Shown here: one piece after another, positions 49,001 to 61,000 of the stretch | Position numbering within the stretch: position 1 is the stretch's first letter | Layout: each line of letters opens with the position of its first letter | Assembly (NCBI GenBank): GCA_965644315.1 | Contig: CBFFRQ010000002.1 | Coordinates: 1-64,000 of the forward strand | DNA: 64,000 bases | DNA from: Caecitellus pseudoparvulus | Taxonomy: Eukaryota > Protista > Bigyra: Bicosoecida | Direction of reading: 5' to 3' | Program-made: the position numbers and the translations under genes | Notes under the pieces: model-generated | What the model saw: the letters and a program-made list of their open reading frames with translations, nothing else | Told to the model about the DNA's origin: nothing | Database searches by the model: none

Positions 49001-52000
49001 ATACGCTGACTTTGCACCCCAGCTTGCAGCGCCACGTGCTTTGGGCATCTGTCAAGGCAACTGCGGACAGTGCGGCTGTCAAGGCGGTCAGCGTTCTCGG
49101 AAAGGCTTTCCGACTCTTGACGCTGGCTTCTGACGGCGTGCGCCTGGTGCAGGGCGTCGCCCAACGCGTGGCCGAGGCAGAGTTCGGCTCCGTCACAGCC
49201 ATTGCAGATTTGGCTGAGGGGCTCTCTGTTGACCTCGCGGCTGGAGCAGAGTTCATGCAGGCAGCTGATGCAGAAGAGTTCAGCTCCACGTTCAGCTGGG
49301 CTTCCGCTTGGCTCGCGACAGCAGCTACAACTGCACGGTCAGCTGATAGCCTCACGTCAGAGCTGCTTGCGCTGGACGTGACGGACGCTGACTCAGTCTT
49401 TCGTCTTGCTTGTTCAGCTGTGTCCCTGACTTCAGCTGCTTCCCCCATTGGTATCCCCAGCATCACCCTCGATGCCACCGGTTTCGTGAAGGCGCCTTTG
49501 AGTGCTCTCACGGCCGCCGGCATCGTGCAGGTGTCTGTGGGTACCGTTCCGTCGCCAGAGGAGGCGCCTGCTGGCTCCATTGCGCTGCAGAGCTCTGCTG
49601 CTGGCGCACAGCCCTGGAGGAAACTCTCCATTGGGGATGCCTTTGCTGTGAGTGTGAATAAGGCAGGGAACGCGACGCTCCCTCTTGTGGGAGACGATGG
49701 TCTCTGCATTTGGCAAAGAACCTTTGCGGAGATACTCTCCGAGGTTGCTGCTGCGGCACCTGAGTCGAGCCCCCTCGAGGCGGCTGCGTCCGCCCTGTCG
49801 AACACCATGGCGACCCAGGCCCCCATTCACACGATCCACTGCACAGACTGCGGCTCTGCAGACGAGGCGTGGCATGTGACAACTATATCTGTGAACTGGC
49901 CAGACCTTACCCTGTGGAAGGCACTGGGCGCTGCATCTGCCTGGATCTCCACCACCGAAACTCTGCAGCCTCCTCCAGCAAGTGTTGTGGCTCCCCTGGC
50001 TGCCGGTCTGGAGCAATCTGTTGCGGCAAGCAAGGTTCAAGTGCTTGCAGCCAACTTGAAGGAAGGCATGGCCAAGGCTCAGGCATTCCTCCGCGGCACA
50101 GTGGGCAAGGTGCTCGACATTGCTGCCCGTCTCATGCTGGCCCGTGACATGCTGGAGCGGGTCATTTCCCCCGAAGCCTGTGAGGCAGGCTGCTCTCTCC
50201 TGTGGCAGGTGGTGTTCGGTGCCGACGCCGCGCTTGATGTCGCAATGTTCGCAGGCTTGCCAAAGGAGCCGGCCTTCGTGCTGCGTGCCCTGCTTCGCGC
50301 CTTTGCAGATCTTGCAGGGCCCGCTTCAGAAGGTCTCCCGCTTGCAGACCGCGCGCGGGCTGCGGTCGCCACACTGCGTGACGGGTTGGAGGCGAGCGGA
50401 TTGCTGGACTCAGCCTTCTCAACGTTCGAGGATGTCTTGTCTGACATTCAGATTGAGGCCACCTCGCAGTTTGACATTGCTGGCATGACGCAGGCTGGTC
50501 GGGCTGCATCCGAAGTGATGACCCTTGCCTTTGAAATCGGCGAGTCGGCATCCACTTGCGTCGTTTGCGTGAGCACAAGCAAGTTTACGCAGTTCCTTGA
50601 CACAACTTCCAAGCTCTCTGCTGCTTTGGACACCATCCCCCCCGAGAGCCGCCCAGTGGAGTGGCGGGACGCGGTTGGGCGCATGCGAGTGGTGGGCATG
50701 GCAGCCACAGCTTACAAGACAGCAGTGACCGTGCAAGTTGGCCTCGCTGGTGCAAAAGCGGCTGTTGATGGCGTCATCGCGGCAGTGGAGGATGTGGAGT
50801 ACCTCTGGGAGGATGTTCGCCAAGGCCGTGCCACGATTCAACAGGTCATCACAGTGGCCCGGGGTGTTGGCGAGAGCATCTGGTCTGCACTGCTTGCGCC
50901 TGCTGCCGAGTGGGTTGACATGGTTGCTGGGCCTGAGTGGTTGGATTCTCTTCCAGCTTTACTGGATGAGGTTGCGTTGGCTGCCTCACCACTGGCAGTT
51001 CTCGACGCAAGCTCGGCTCAAGAGGGTGTCCAGCTCCTCGTCTCTGTGTCCAACTTGTGCACGCAGTTGGCCAAGGCTGCACGTGGTGGTGGCTTGGCAG
51101 CCGTCTTGTCTGGTAGCCAAGGCAAGCACACGAGCAGCATTTTGTCACACCTGCTGGTGCAAGTGTCACTCCTGCAGAAGCAAGGCCCTGATGCCCTTGC
51201 AGATCAACTTGTCTCTGCGGGTGTGGATGAGAATGCCGTTGGGTCGCTGGTGGATTTCGTAGAGGCCATTCCGTTGCCCCCCGCAGTCGCCTCAGCCGCT
51301 GCCGATCTGCTGGCCGTTGTCGCCTCTCTCGAGTCTGCAAGCGCCGTAGCTACTTTAGTGTCTGACATGAAGGCCGCCGTGGAGTCTGCGTCGTTTGACA
51401 TCTCAACGCTCACGACTGCGCTGGACACCGTGCAGTACATCCAGACCTGGAGCATGACAGACGAGTTTGCCGCAGGTCACATGCTCCGGCTTGCGCTGGG
51501 GAACTCCAGCCTTCCAGTGTTTATCTCTTCCCTCCCTGCGAACGAGTCTGAGGCGTTGGTGCACGCTGCTTCCGACGTGGCTGCTGTTGCAGCACGCAGT
51601 GGCGCCATGGGCTTGGCTTCCGAGGCTCAAGCTCGTGCACCCCAACTTGCAGCCTCTGTGTTCAGTGTCTTCTCCAAGCATCAGCGCATCCTGAGCCAGC
51701 TTGCATCCGTCATGGATGTTGCGGAGAACATTGTCGATGTGGCGGGGGAGCTTGTGTCAACGGCATCGTCTGCAGGGGACCGACTCAGCGTGGTTGGCGC
51801 TGCCGGTTTCGGGCCCGAGCTGTTCAGCATCATCGTGGACCTGCTCCGCCCGCTTCGCACGACAGTGGGCACCATCACCGCATCTGTCATAAACCCGTTC
51901 ATTGGATCTGCTGCCGGCCTGGACTTGTCAGTGGAGCCTGCTGCTGCTTCCAATGGTACAAGCAGCTTGCTGGCTGAGATCGTCTCCGCTGGTCGTAAGC

Positions 52001-55000
52001 TTGCGGATGCGACCAAGGCTCGCCTGGTTGCAGACCTTAAAGCCGGTGCCACTGAGCGCCTTGGTGAAATTGCTGCCACCTTCAGTCCAGAGGCTGTATT
52101 CAACGTGTCGCGCTCTGAGCTAACCGATGCCGGCGTGGATGTGCTCGTGGAGGTGATCCTTTCTGGTGCTGTTAACGAGACGGCCCTCGCAGTGGCTGGT
52201 CTGACTTTGCCTGAAGGGCTGGTTCGTGTGTCCAGGGCCGCTCAGGGCATCTCCACCGCCCAAGCTGCAGTGGGCAGTGTCATTGCCGCGGTGCAAGGCG
52301 CCATGCAGGCTGCCCGAGCCGAGCTTGATGGCGGTATCGTGCCTGTGGCTCTGACGCCGCCTAGCGAGCTGCTTCAAACTGTGTTGGAAGATGAAGTAGT
52401 GTTGCGGGAAGCCCAGGCTGCGGCCATTGGCTTCGTCTCTGCCTTCAACGACTTGAAGGAAGCAAGTGAGGGCCTCCCAGTTGACTTCCTGTCGAACCTC
52501 ATGCCCACTGCCTCTCCAGCACAAGTTGCTGCCGCGAACAAGGCCTGGTCATCGCTCATGTCTGCCGCGCGGTATTTGCCAGGCGACCGTACTGTCGTTG
52601 CTGTCGCCAACGCGGCCGGTGCTTTGCACCAGCTACTTGGCGCCATTGAAGATGTGGCGGATGCAGCTGGGGATGTCATGGACGCTCTCCCCACTGGAGA
52701 GGGAGACTTGGCAGACCCCGCCGCCGTCGCCATCTCGTTGGCAAGCGCATTGGGCGCATTTGTTCGTGTGACTGGCTCCCGAGTGCAGGAGGTAGCAGGT
52801 ACTGCGCTGTCCATGTCAGGTACGTCTGACTTGGAGATCGAGTTGCAGATGTGCGTGCCTGGGCTGGAAGCTAGTAGTTTTGTGTCGAGCTCCACAGACT
52901 GTGACAACCTGGCAGGCCTCTGGCAGGAGGAAGTCATGCCAGCGCTGGCAGCTTTGGGCACCGCACCCAAGGATGCTCACGTTGCCACGCTGTCCAAGTT
53001 GGAGGGAATGCTGAATGTCACCAAGCGATACGTTGCTGCATCGAAGGCGGCATTGGGCAGCACGAAGCCACCATCACCGACTGCTGGGGACCTCATCCTC
53101 ATGAAACGTGCTGATGTTGCGGGGAAAGTTTCTGGCGTTATGCGGGTGATCATCATCCTGCAACGCATGAACCAGGGCCTGCCCATCGTGCGCATGGTTG
53201 GAACAGCGGCAGAAATCTTGTCTGAGCCGTTCAACCTGGGCGACTTCCAAGACCTCCTTTCCAAGCTGAACAGGCTGCTGGCCTCTGCCTCCCTCGGCTC
53301 TGAGGACGCCCTGGGGGCGCTGTCGGCATCCCAGATGGGCTGGGTACTTCGCCCTGTGGCTGCATTGAAGGCAAAGGCTGATGCCGCTGTCGCTGAGTTG
53401 CTTGCCGAGAGCGAAGAACTCTCAGCCTACTTCCCGGACGGCATTCAGCGCGGGTCTCTCGCCGAGTCCCTGCCAGTGTCTCTGCCCGAGGGTCTGGCCC
53501 TGTTGGTGGAGATGCGCGACGCTGCAGCTGCATTGGACTCCATCCTGAAGTCCATCGCTTCTGCCGCGCCGACATCTGTTCCTCTCAACTCGGCATGGAA
53601 TGTCTCAGAACTGGCATCGAACCTGGCAGCGAATGATGTTGCCAGTGTTTTCGGTGAGTTCCAAGACACCATCCCGTCGTTTGTGCTGGAGCAGCCTGTG
53701 CTGGGCGTTTGGTGGTTTGCAGTCAGCCTATCCAAGACCATCAGCAACGTTGAAGCTCTGGAGGCCATTCGTGACTCGTACGAGCCAGTTGGCGCAGTCC
53801 TGCTTGCCGTGGAAGACGTTGCAGCTCCGCTCACCAACCTTGGCATCCCTTCGCTGGACGGCATCACGTCAGCTGTGAAGGCCATCAGTCTTGGTGTGGA
53901 CGTCGCTGTCGCAGTGCGTGACACAGGTCTGGCTGTGTTCAGGCTCGCTTCAGACGTTGCGTCATTCGGCGCCGATGCACCCATGGCTCGCCTCTTCGGT
54001 GAAGCCGTGGACTCCATCAAAGTCACCATTGAGAAGATCCAAGTTGCTGCAAAGGCCATGTCTCTCAGCGCTCCAGCTGACGTGCTCACTGCCGTAGATG
54101 TGCCAGCTGAAGTGCAGGGCGTCGTGACCGACCTGCAAGCTGTGCTGTCTGGCACCACTTTCTCCGCCTCGAACCGACAGAAAGTGCAGCAAGTGGCAAC
54201 GGCTGCATCCACACTCATCACGACTCTGCGCACAGTGGCTGGACGCCCCCTTCACGATCTGACTGTGGCCAACTTGGACCAAGTTGCGAAGGATGCGACT
54301 GCCTTGCGCAAGGCCATAACATCTCTTGGGGACTTGCAGGTGCAGCTCCCTGGCGCACTGCCTGCAGCGCTCTCTCAGGTGCGCTCGGTGTCTCGAGTGC
54401 TGGCCAAGGCAGCGTCTGCACAGAGCACTGCGCTGTCTTTGATGAACACTCGAGCAGTGTCTGAGCTGATTTCTCAGGGTGGTGCCCTCTTCTCAATGTT
54501 CACGACGCTCACAGACAACTCCTTGACTGTCTCAGCTCGTATCAAGGCCGTCGTGGAGCAGCTCGGGGACATTGTCTTCTCTGTGTCGTCGGTGCACCAG
54601 GCGGCCTTGCTGCCTATGCTGCGCCCACTGCTCAAGGATGCTGATTCCTTGGCGGCCACCTTCAACCAGGTCACAGATGTTGCTGCTGTCCTTGTGGACA
54701 CCAACCTACCAAGCAGCGCCTTGGCTGCTGGGGGCTCTGAGGCCACGGCTGCGTGGGATGATGCCGCCAAGGCCGCGACTGCTCTCGAGGAGGATTTGTC
54801 CCAGTGGTTGGATTTCGACACCGGTCTGCCATCCATCCAGCTTGCGCAGGACAGCCTTGCTGACACTGGCCTGAGCGTGGTCCTGCACGCAGGCCGGCTC
54901 CGCGCAGCCCTTCTCAAGTTGCCCGAGCCAGCGCTCACGGCTTTGCAGGCGCACGGCCAGTCCATCAAGAAGCTTGCCCGTGAGAGCTTGATGGGCATCC

Positions 55001-58000
55001 TGCCAGGCGTTCCCGACAGCCTTGGTGTGCAGGTCGTGTCAGTCTTGTCCGATGTCTTCCGCGTCGTGAACGTGATGGATGAGTTGCTCACCATGGCGTC
55101 AGAGGGAGCTTCCCCAGTCGAGCTGGTGGTGCATGCGCTGCCCACCATGGAGTGGGCGCTGGAGCAAGCTGGGTTTAACATTGAAGAGCTGAAGGACAAG
55201 ATCAATCAAGCCGTCACAGACATGATCAACGGCATCATTCCGTACATTCCTAAGCCGGACCCGCTGGTGGCAGTCATGGACACCGTACTGAAGGTGGAGC
55301 CAAAGATGATCGCTGTCGCTGACACAATTGAGGGCGTTCTGGCCCCGGCAGAGACGTTCATGACAGGGCTTGTTGTGAAGATTGACGCCATTGACGCGAA
55401 GGTCACTACTGCCGTGCAGGAGGTGAACGCAACGATGTCCAAGTATGTGGGCATGGCTCGTCAGGTCATTGACTTCATGAAAAACTCTGACGAGCTTGTG
55501 CTGCTCATCCAGGAGGAGGTGCAGACTCGCTTGGCGAACGTCATTGATAAGGTTCAAGAGTTGGTGGAGGGCTACATTGAGGATCTGCGAGTTTTCCTGC
55601 GTGACATCGTTGACACCGGTGTGGAGGAGCTGAACCGACTGGTTGAGGCGGGCCTGGTGGTGCTGCGTGCTGCTGGCTCTCGGGCCATTCGCTACGTAAG
55701 CAACTTCACAATTGGTGCTGAGAACATGGAGAAGGCGAACGAAGTCATCAACGCCTACGCCAGCCTGAACGACGAGCTGTTCAATGATGCTGACCACGTG
55801 ATCGACACCGTCTTTGACTTGGGCAAGCTGGTTGTGTCCATCTCCAACGCAATTCCCGACGAAACGGGCGACCGCATGCGCACTGCAGGGCGTGCAGTTG
55901 TGTGGGTGGCTGAGCGGGCGTACGAAATCAACGACTTTGCCTTCCGCGCGAAGAAGAGCGCAGAAAAGATCAGGGATGCTGGAGGGGTGGTGGCGTTCCT
56001 GGAGGGTATCATGGATCAGCTGATCCAAAAGGCAGGGGATATTGCCAAGGGCTGGTCAGAGATGCTCCGCAAGGAGGGATACAAGTGGATGGATTACATT
56101 CCCGACCGACTGCTCAAGATTGTGGCAGCTGCCCGGAAGATGCTGGACCAGTTCATCGACGACCTCATGGCCAAGGCGCTGGAGTTTGTGCGTGAGCAAC
56201 TGAAGAAGGTGGAGTTTGTTGGCGAAGAAGCTGAGCGTCTGCTTGGGTATGTGGACTATGTGTACGCGTTCTTGGACAACCGGAAAGTCGTCTCGCAGCT
56301 CATGTCTGATGTGTCTGGCGAGCTCAACAATGCCCTCGCGGTGCCCCAGGCAATCCGCGGGGCCGTAGATGTTGGCAAGGGCCTGTTCAGGCAGGTGCGC
56401 GCAGCTCGGGATATGTTTGCCAACTTTAATCCTGCTACAGTCAAGATCGCCAAGCTTGACATTGGACTTGAGGACCTCGTGAGTCTCTTTGACAAGCAGA
56501 CGTGCACGTCTGTGGCTGTGTGCTTGAAGGATGTGTTGCAGCAGCGTGTCAGCGAGATCCTGCTGGAGGTGTTGCCGATTGGCGACGGCCTGCGCGCCGT
56601 GGCTGCGTTCCCAAGCCAGGTGAAGCAAGCGGGGGATGCGCTGGTTGCCTCCTCCAAGGCTGCTGTTGACGCCATGTCACGCACCCTGGACAGCTTGACA
56701 GCCACGATCAAGACCGTGCTGCCTGGGCGTCGACGTGCTCTGGCTGGCCCGCGCCGCCTTGGCACGATGCGCGACATCTTGGAGGCGCTCCCTCTGGACG
56801 AAGCGGAGGACTTCTCCAACACGCTCGTTACCTACACCGAGTTCGCCCGCAGCACGATTCGCACCATCCGGGAGAAGGCAAACCCCATTATCCAAGGCGC
56901 CCGCTCCGTTCTGACGACCATTCGGGACATGAACCCGTCCAAGGAGGCCGCCCGCCGCATCTTCGAGATGACCAGGGACCTGTTCGACCCCATCGGCTTC
57001 GTCAAGGAGCAGTTTGCGTACGTGCGTCGCGAAGTCTTCGAGCGCATCTACGCTGCGAAGAAGTGGGCTCGCGACCAGGGCCAGGCAGTGGCAGCCATTG
57101 CACGCGACGATTTTGTGGCGGCTGCTGAGTTCGCTCTGTCAGTTCTGGGAGAAGTGCGATGGATCATCGAGCAAGTGCGGCCCTACCGCGACCTGGCTGA
57201 ACATGTGGCTGATGAAATTCGGTACTACATCAACCTGGTGGGGCAGTACATCGGTCGCGGGACCACTCGACCCGACCAGCTGCGCCCCTACTGCGATCCC
57301 GAGGAGCAGCCTTGCCTGCACGTTGAGAGCCGGCGTGGGCCGATTTACGAAGGCATTCTGATCGGCTCCATGACGCACTTCTGGTACGAGAACTTCCCTC
57401 CTGCCTTTGGCTCTTGTCAAGCGTTTGGATTCCCTTGCCGCCATGATAAGTGGCGATTCACGGTCCCTGGCCTGTTTAACGATTGGCAGCCACGCGGAGT
57501 GGAGGCCATTGACTACCGCAACACCATCATCACCTACGTTGGTACGGGCGATAACGAGGGCAAAGCATCCTTGTTTGTTGTTATCGACGATCGCAACCGT
57601 GTCAAGCGCATCTTCCAGCTGGAGGAGGCGGATGGCACCCCATATGACGGCGGAGTGGGAGATGTGGCCATCGCAACGTACAGCCTGAACAAGGACAAGA
57701 TCATCTGGACGTGCAGCGACAAGGCAGACTGGGAAGCAGCAGATAAGGAAAAGCGCATCGTCCCAGCCGAAGCCCGTGACGGGCACATCATTGCCTTTGA
57801 CTACAATAATTTCATGCGCCAGCTGAACAGCGGGCCCACCGTGCAAACCCTGCGAGCGAAGCCGGGGTACAAGTTCTACGTTGACGTCAAGGCCAGCTCC
57901 CTTTTCATGGATGAGCGAGCCACCAGCGAGGACAGCCGCATTCTGTGGGTTGGTGAGACCTATGAGCCTGGTGACCCCGCGACACGCCCCAAGACGAAGA

Positions 58001-61000
58001 CCAAGGGTAAGCGAACTCGCGGCCGAGGCAACTCTCGCTCCGGCAAGCGCCCCCGCAAATCGCGCAAGACCAAGTCCAAGAAGACTGCCTTGACGCGCAC
58101 CAGTGACGAAGATGACACCAACCGTTTCACTTACACTCTGGATGTTTCCCCGCACCACAAGGTCTCGGGCCAGTACAGCTCCAGCTTCTGTCGCAAGGGA
58201 GCTCACGGCCAGTACTCCTTCGGCGCAAATGGCCCAACATCGGCCAGCCCAGATGAAGTTAACAACGCTTTCAAGAAGTGTCAGAAGGGCTGGGTGGCTG
58301 GATACTCCATCGACTCGTCCAACGGCAAGCCCCGAGCTGAGGTTTCAGGGTACAGGTACAAGCCAGATGGGGCACCATCATCCATGCCCCCTGGTGAGGA
58401 AGTGCTCATCCCGAACTTTGTAGTGCAAGCTGGCGCACGCATGAGGGGCTGGTTCACATTCAAGCGCCTTGGATTCCTGACTGGAGCTGTCAGCAGGTGC
58501 TCGTACGCACGAGGCTACCCCAACTGTCGCATCGAGTGGCACACACTGGAAGCCTCCGGCTATGGTGCAAACCTGCTTGGAACTCTTGACGGCCACGAAC
58601 TTTCAGCCGCCATCAATGCCTGGCAAGATAAGGGCAAGTGGGTGTTGGTTGAGGGCAAGGCTCCAGCTGCAACAAGTGCTGCAAACAAGGGCAGCGGGTC
58701 TCCGAAGAAGGGCTCTGGTGGCCGCAAGCCCAAGTCGAGCTCGAGCTCCAAGGCCGCGACCAAGTCAACCGGGCAGAATGACCAGAGCACGGGGACGCAA
58801 GCATACGTTATGCGGGCACCAGCTGGTATTGAGTCGATGACGCTGTACCAGGACGATCGCGTGACGTTCTGGATGGTGCTGTCCAGCGCCGGGACAAACT
58901 CTGTGAACGAGCAGCTGGCACGCATTTCGGGGTGGGTGGATGACTCCCTTTACAAGCTCACCCTTCCGGCAGTCAGGACGGTGAAGCCGCAAGTCGTGGA
59001 CAATGTGCTGTACTTTAAGGTGCGCAAGCATAAACCCCCCGTCATGCAGTACGTCGTGCGGCAGCGCTGCTTGATTCCCGGCCTGACCAAGAAGTTGTGT
59101 GACGAGCACAAGAAGGTCCCCAAGTACTCCCTGAACCGCCGCCTCTCTCAGCGTGGCTTGGCTCACGCTCGTGACGCAGATGTGGTTCTGCATCTGAACG
59201 CAGAAGGGCAACTTAAAGATGGCATCGACTTGCACACTTTGCAGGGTGTGGGAACAGCCGCGGCAACGTCAGCCCACCGCATGTTGATGCCCAGCAGCAC
59301 ATATGCAGATGCGCGGCACGCTTCGTCGGCTCATGGAGTGGTGCTGCAGGCAGCTGATGGCACTTTCATTCGAGTGCTACCTGCCCACCTGAATGACCCT
59401 GCGCTTGAGGAGCGCCTGTGGGAGGTGTCCCGTGACCTCCCCCACATTCACCATGTGGCGCATAAGTCTGCGCTGCAGAGGCTGGCCCGACCTGCCGCTG
59501 ACAAAGTGCCTTTTGGCGGTGTGCTGCATGGTGGTCAGTCATGGGCACCCTCAGCCGACGGCCACTTTGGCCATCATGACTCTGCTCTGCAGGTTCGGGG
59601 CGGTCGTGCTCTGCAGCAGGCCAAGGCAGACGACGAAGAGGAGTACAAGAACTGTCTGCAAGGCAGCTTCAAGTTGGGGACGTTCGACATTCCCTTTTAC
59701 CAGCTGAAGTTCCGCGTAGACGGTGTGCCGGACATTGGTCTGCGCATCGAACTGTTCGCTGGCATTCGTGTGGACATCTTCTTCGATGTGGCTTTTTGCC
59801 TGAAGGAACAGCTGATTGTCGCGACTCTTTCTCCCGAGCTGTACCCCGCAGTGGAGGCGAAGGGTGAGGTCAACGCTGGCATTCTCAGAGCTGGCGGGCG
59901 GTTGCTTGGTGTCCCCGCAAAGACTCGCCTCGTTCCGACCCTGCTGCTGGGCCTCACACCGGGTGGTGCCTTCCGCATTGGGCTGCGCATGGATGTCGGC
60001 ATCCAAGGCCCGTCCATCGAGGCCAGCGCCTTCTTTGATATCCGCATTTGCATAAAGATCAGAATAGACTGCGGCAAGTGGATCTGCTGGCCAGTCATCA
60101 ACATTATATGGTGTGGAGAGGTCGGCTTTACGTTCTTCAGGTACACTTCTCGCTGGCATGACAAGCACCTGTTCACCATCTCCAACAGGAGCCCCGACAC
60201 GTCTCCCCCAGAGACGGCAGGCGCCTTTGTGGACGCACTGCAGACTGATGCGCAGACAGTGCGTGTCACGTGGGGCGGATTCTACGACCCTGAGGCCTAT
60301 GTGCGCTTCTACTCTGTGGCGCTTGGAACACGGCCAGGGTCCGCTGACATTGGTTCGTGGTACAGAGATCGTGAACTGAGTGAACACGAGTTCCCAGATG
60401 TGCTATGCCCACCCGAAGGCACTCGTACATATGCCACGGTCGTGGCGGAGAACTCCGAAGGCTTGACCTCCACTGTGTACGAGCGCTTTGTGTGTGACTC
60501 CACTGGCCCTGAGGTGCTGGACCTGCAGATCTTCGACAACTACAAGCAGCGATGGGTGCTGTCTTCGGACTTTCAAATCCTCAACAACACCAGGAACTTG
60601 GACGCCCGCTTCAAGATCCGCGAGCCCTCAGCACACGCGAACATATCGCTGGTGAAGTTCAGCGTCGGCAGCGAGCCTGGCGACGAGGACGTGATGGACT
60701 TGGTGGACCTGGGTCAAGCCGACAAGCTGCGCGCCAAGTTTGGCGGGTACTACTACGCCGAGGCCGAGCGCATCGAGCTGAATCACGGCAACTACTACTA
60801 CTTCAACGTGGAAACCTTTAACACGTTGGGTCTGCGTGCCGTGTTCTCCTCCCACGCCATCTTCATTGACCACACTGGCAGCTATGCAACCCACATTCAC
60901 GAAGCTGGTGGGAAGAATGGATTTGCATACCGCAATGACGACGTCGTGTACTTTGGATCCAACCAGAACATGGCTGTGAAGTTTGACGCTTTCGAGGATG

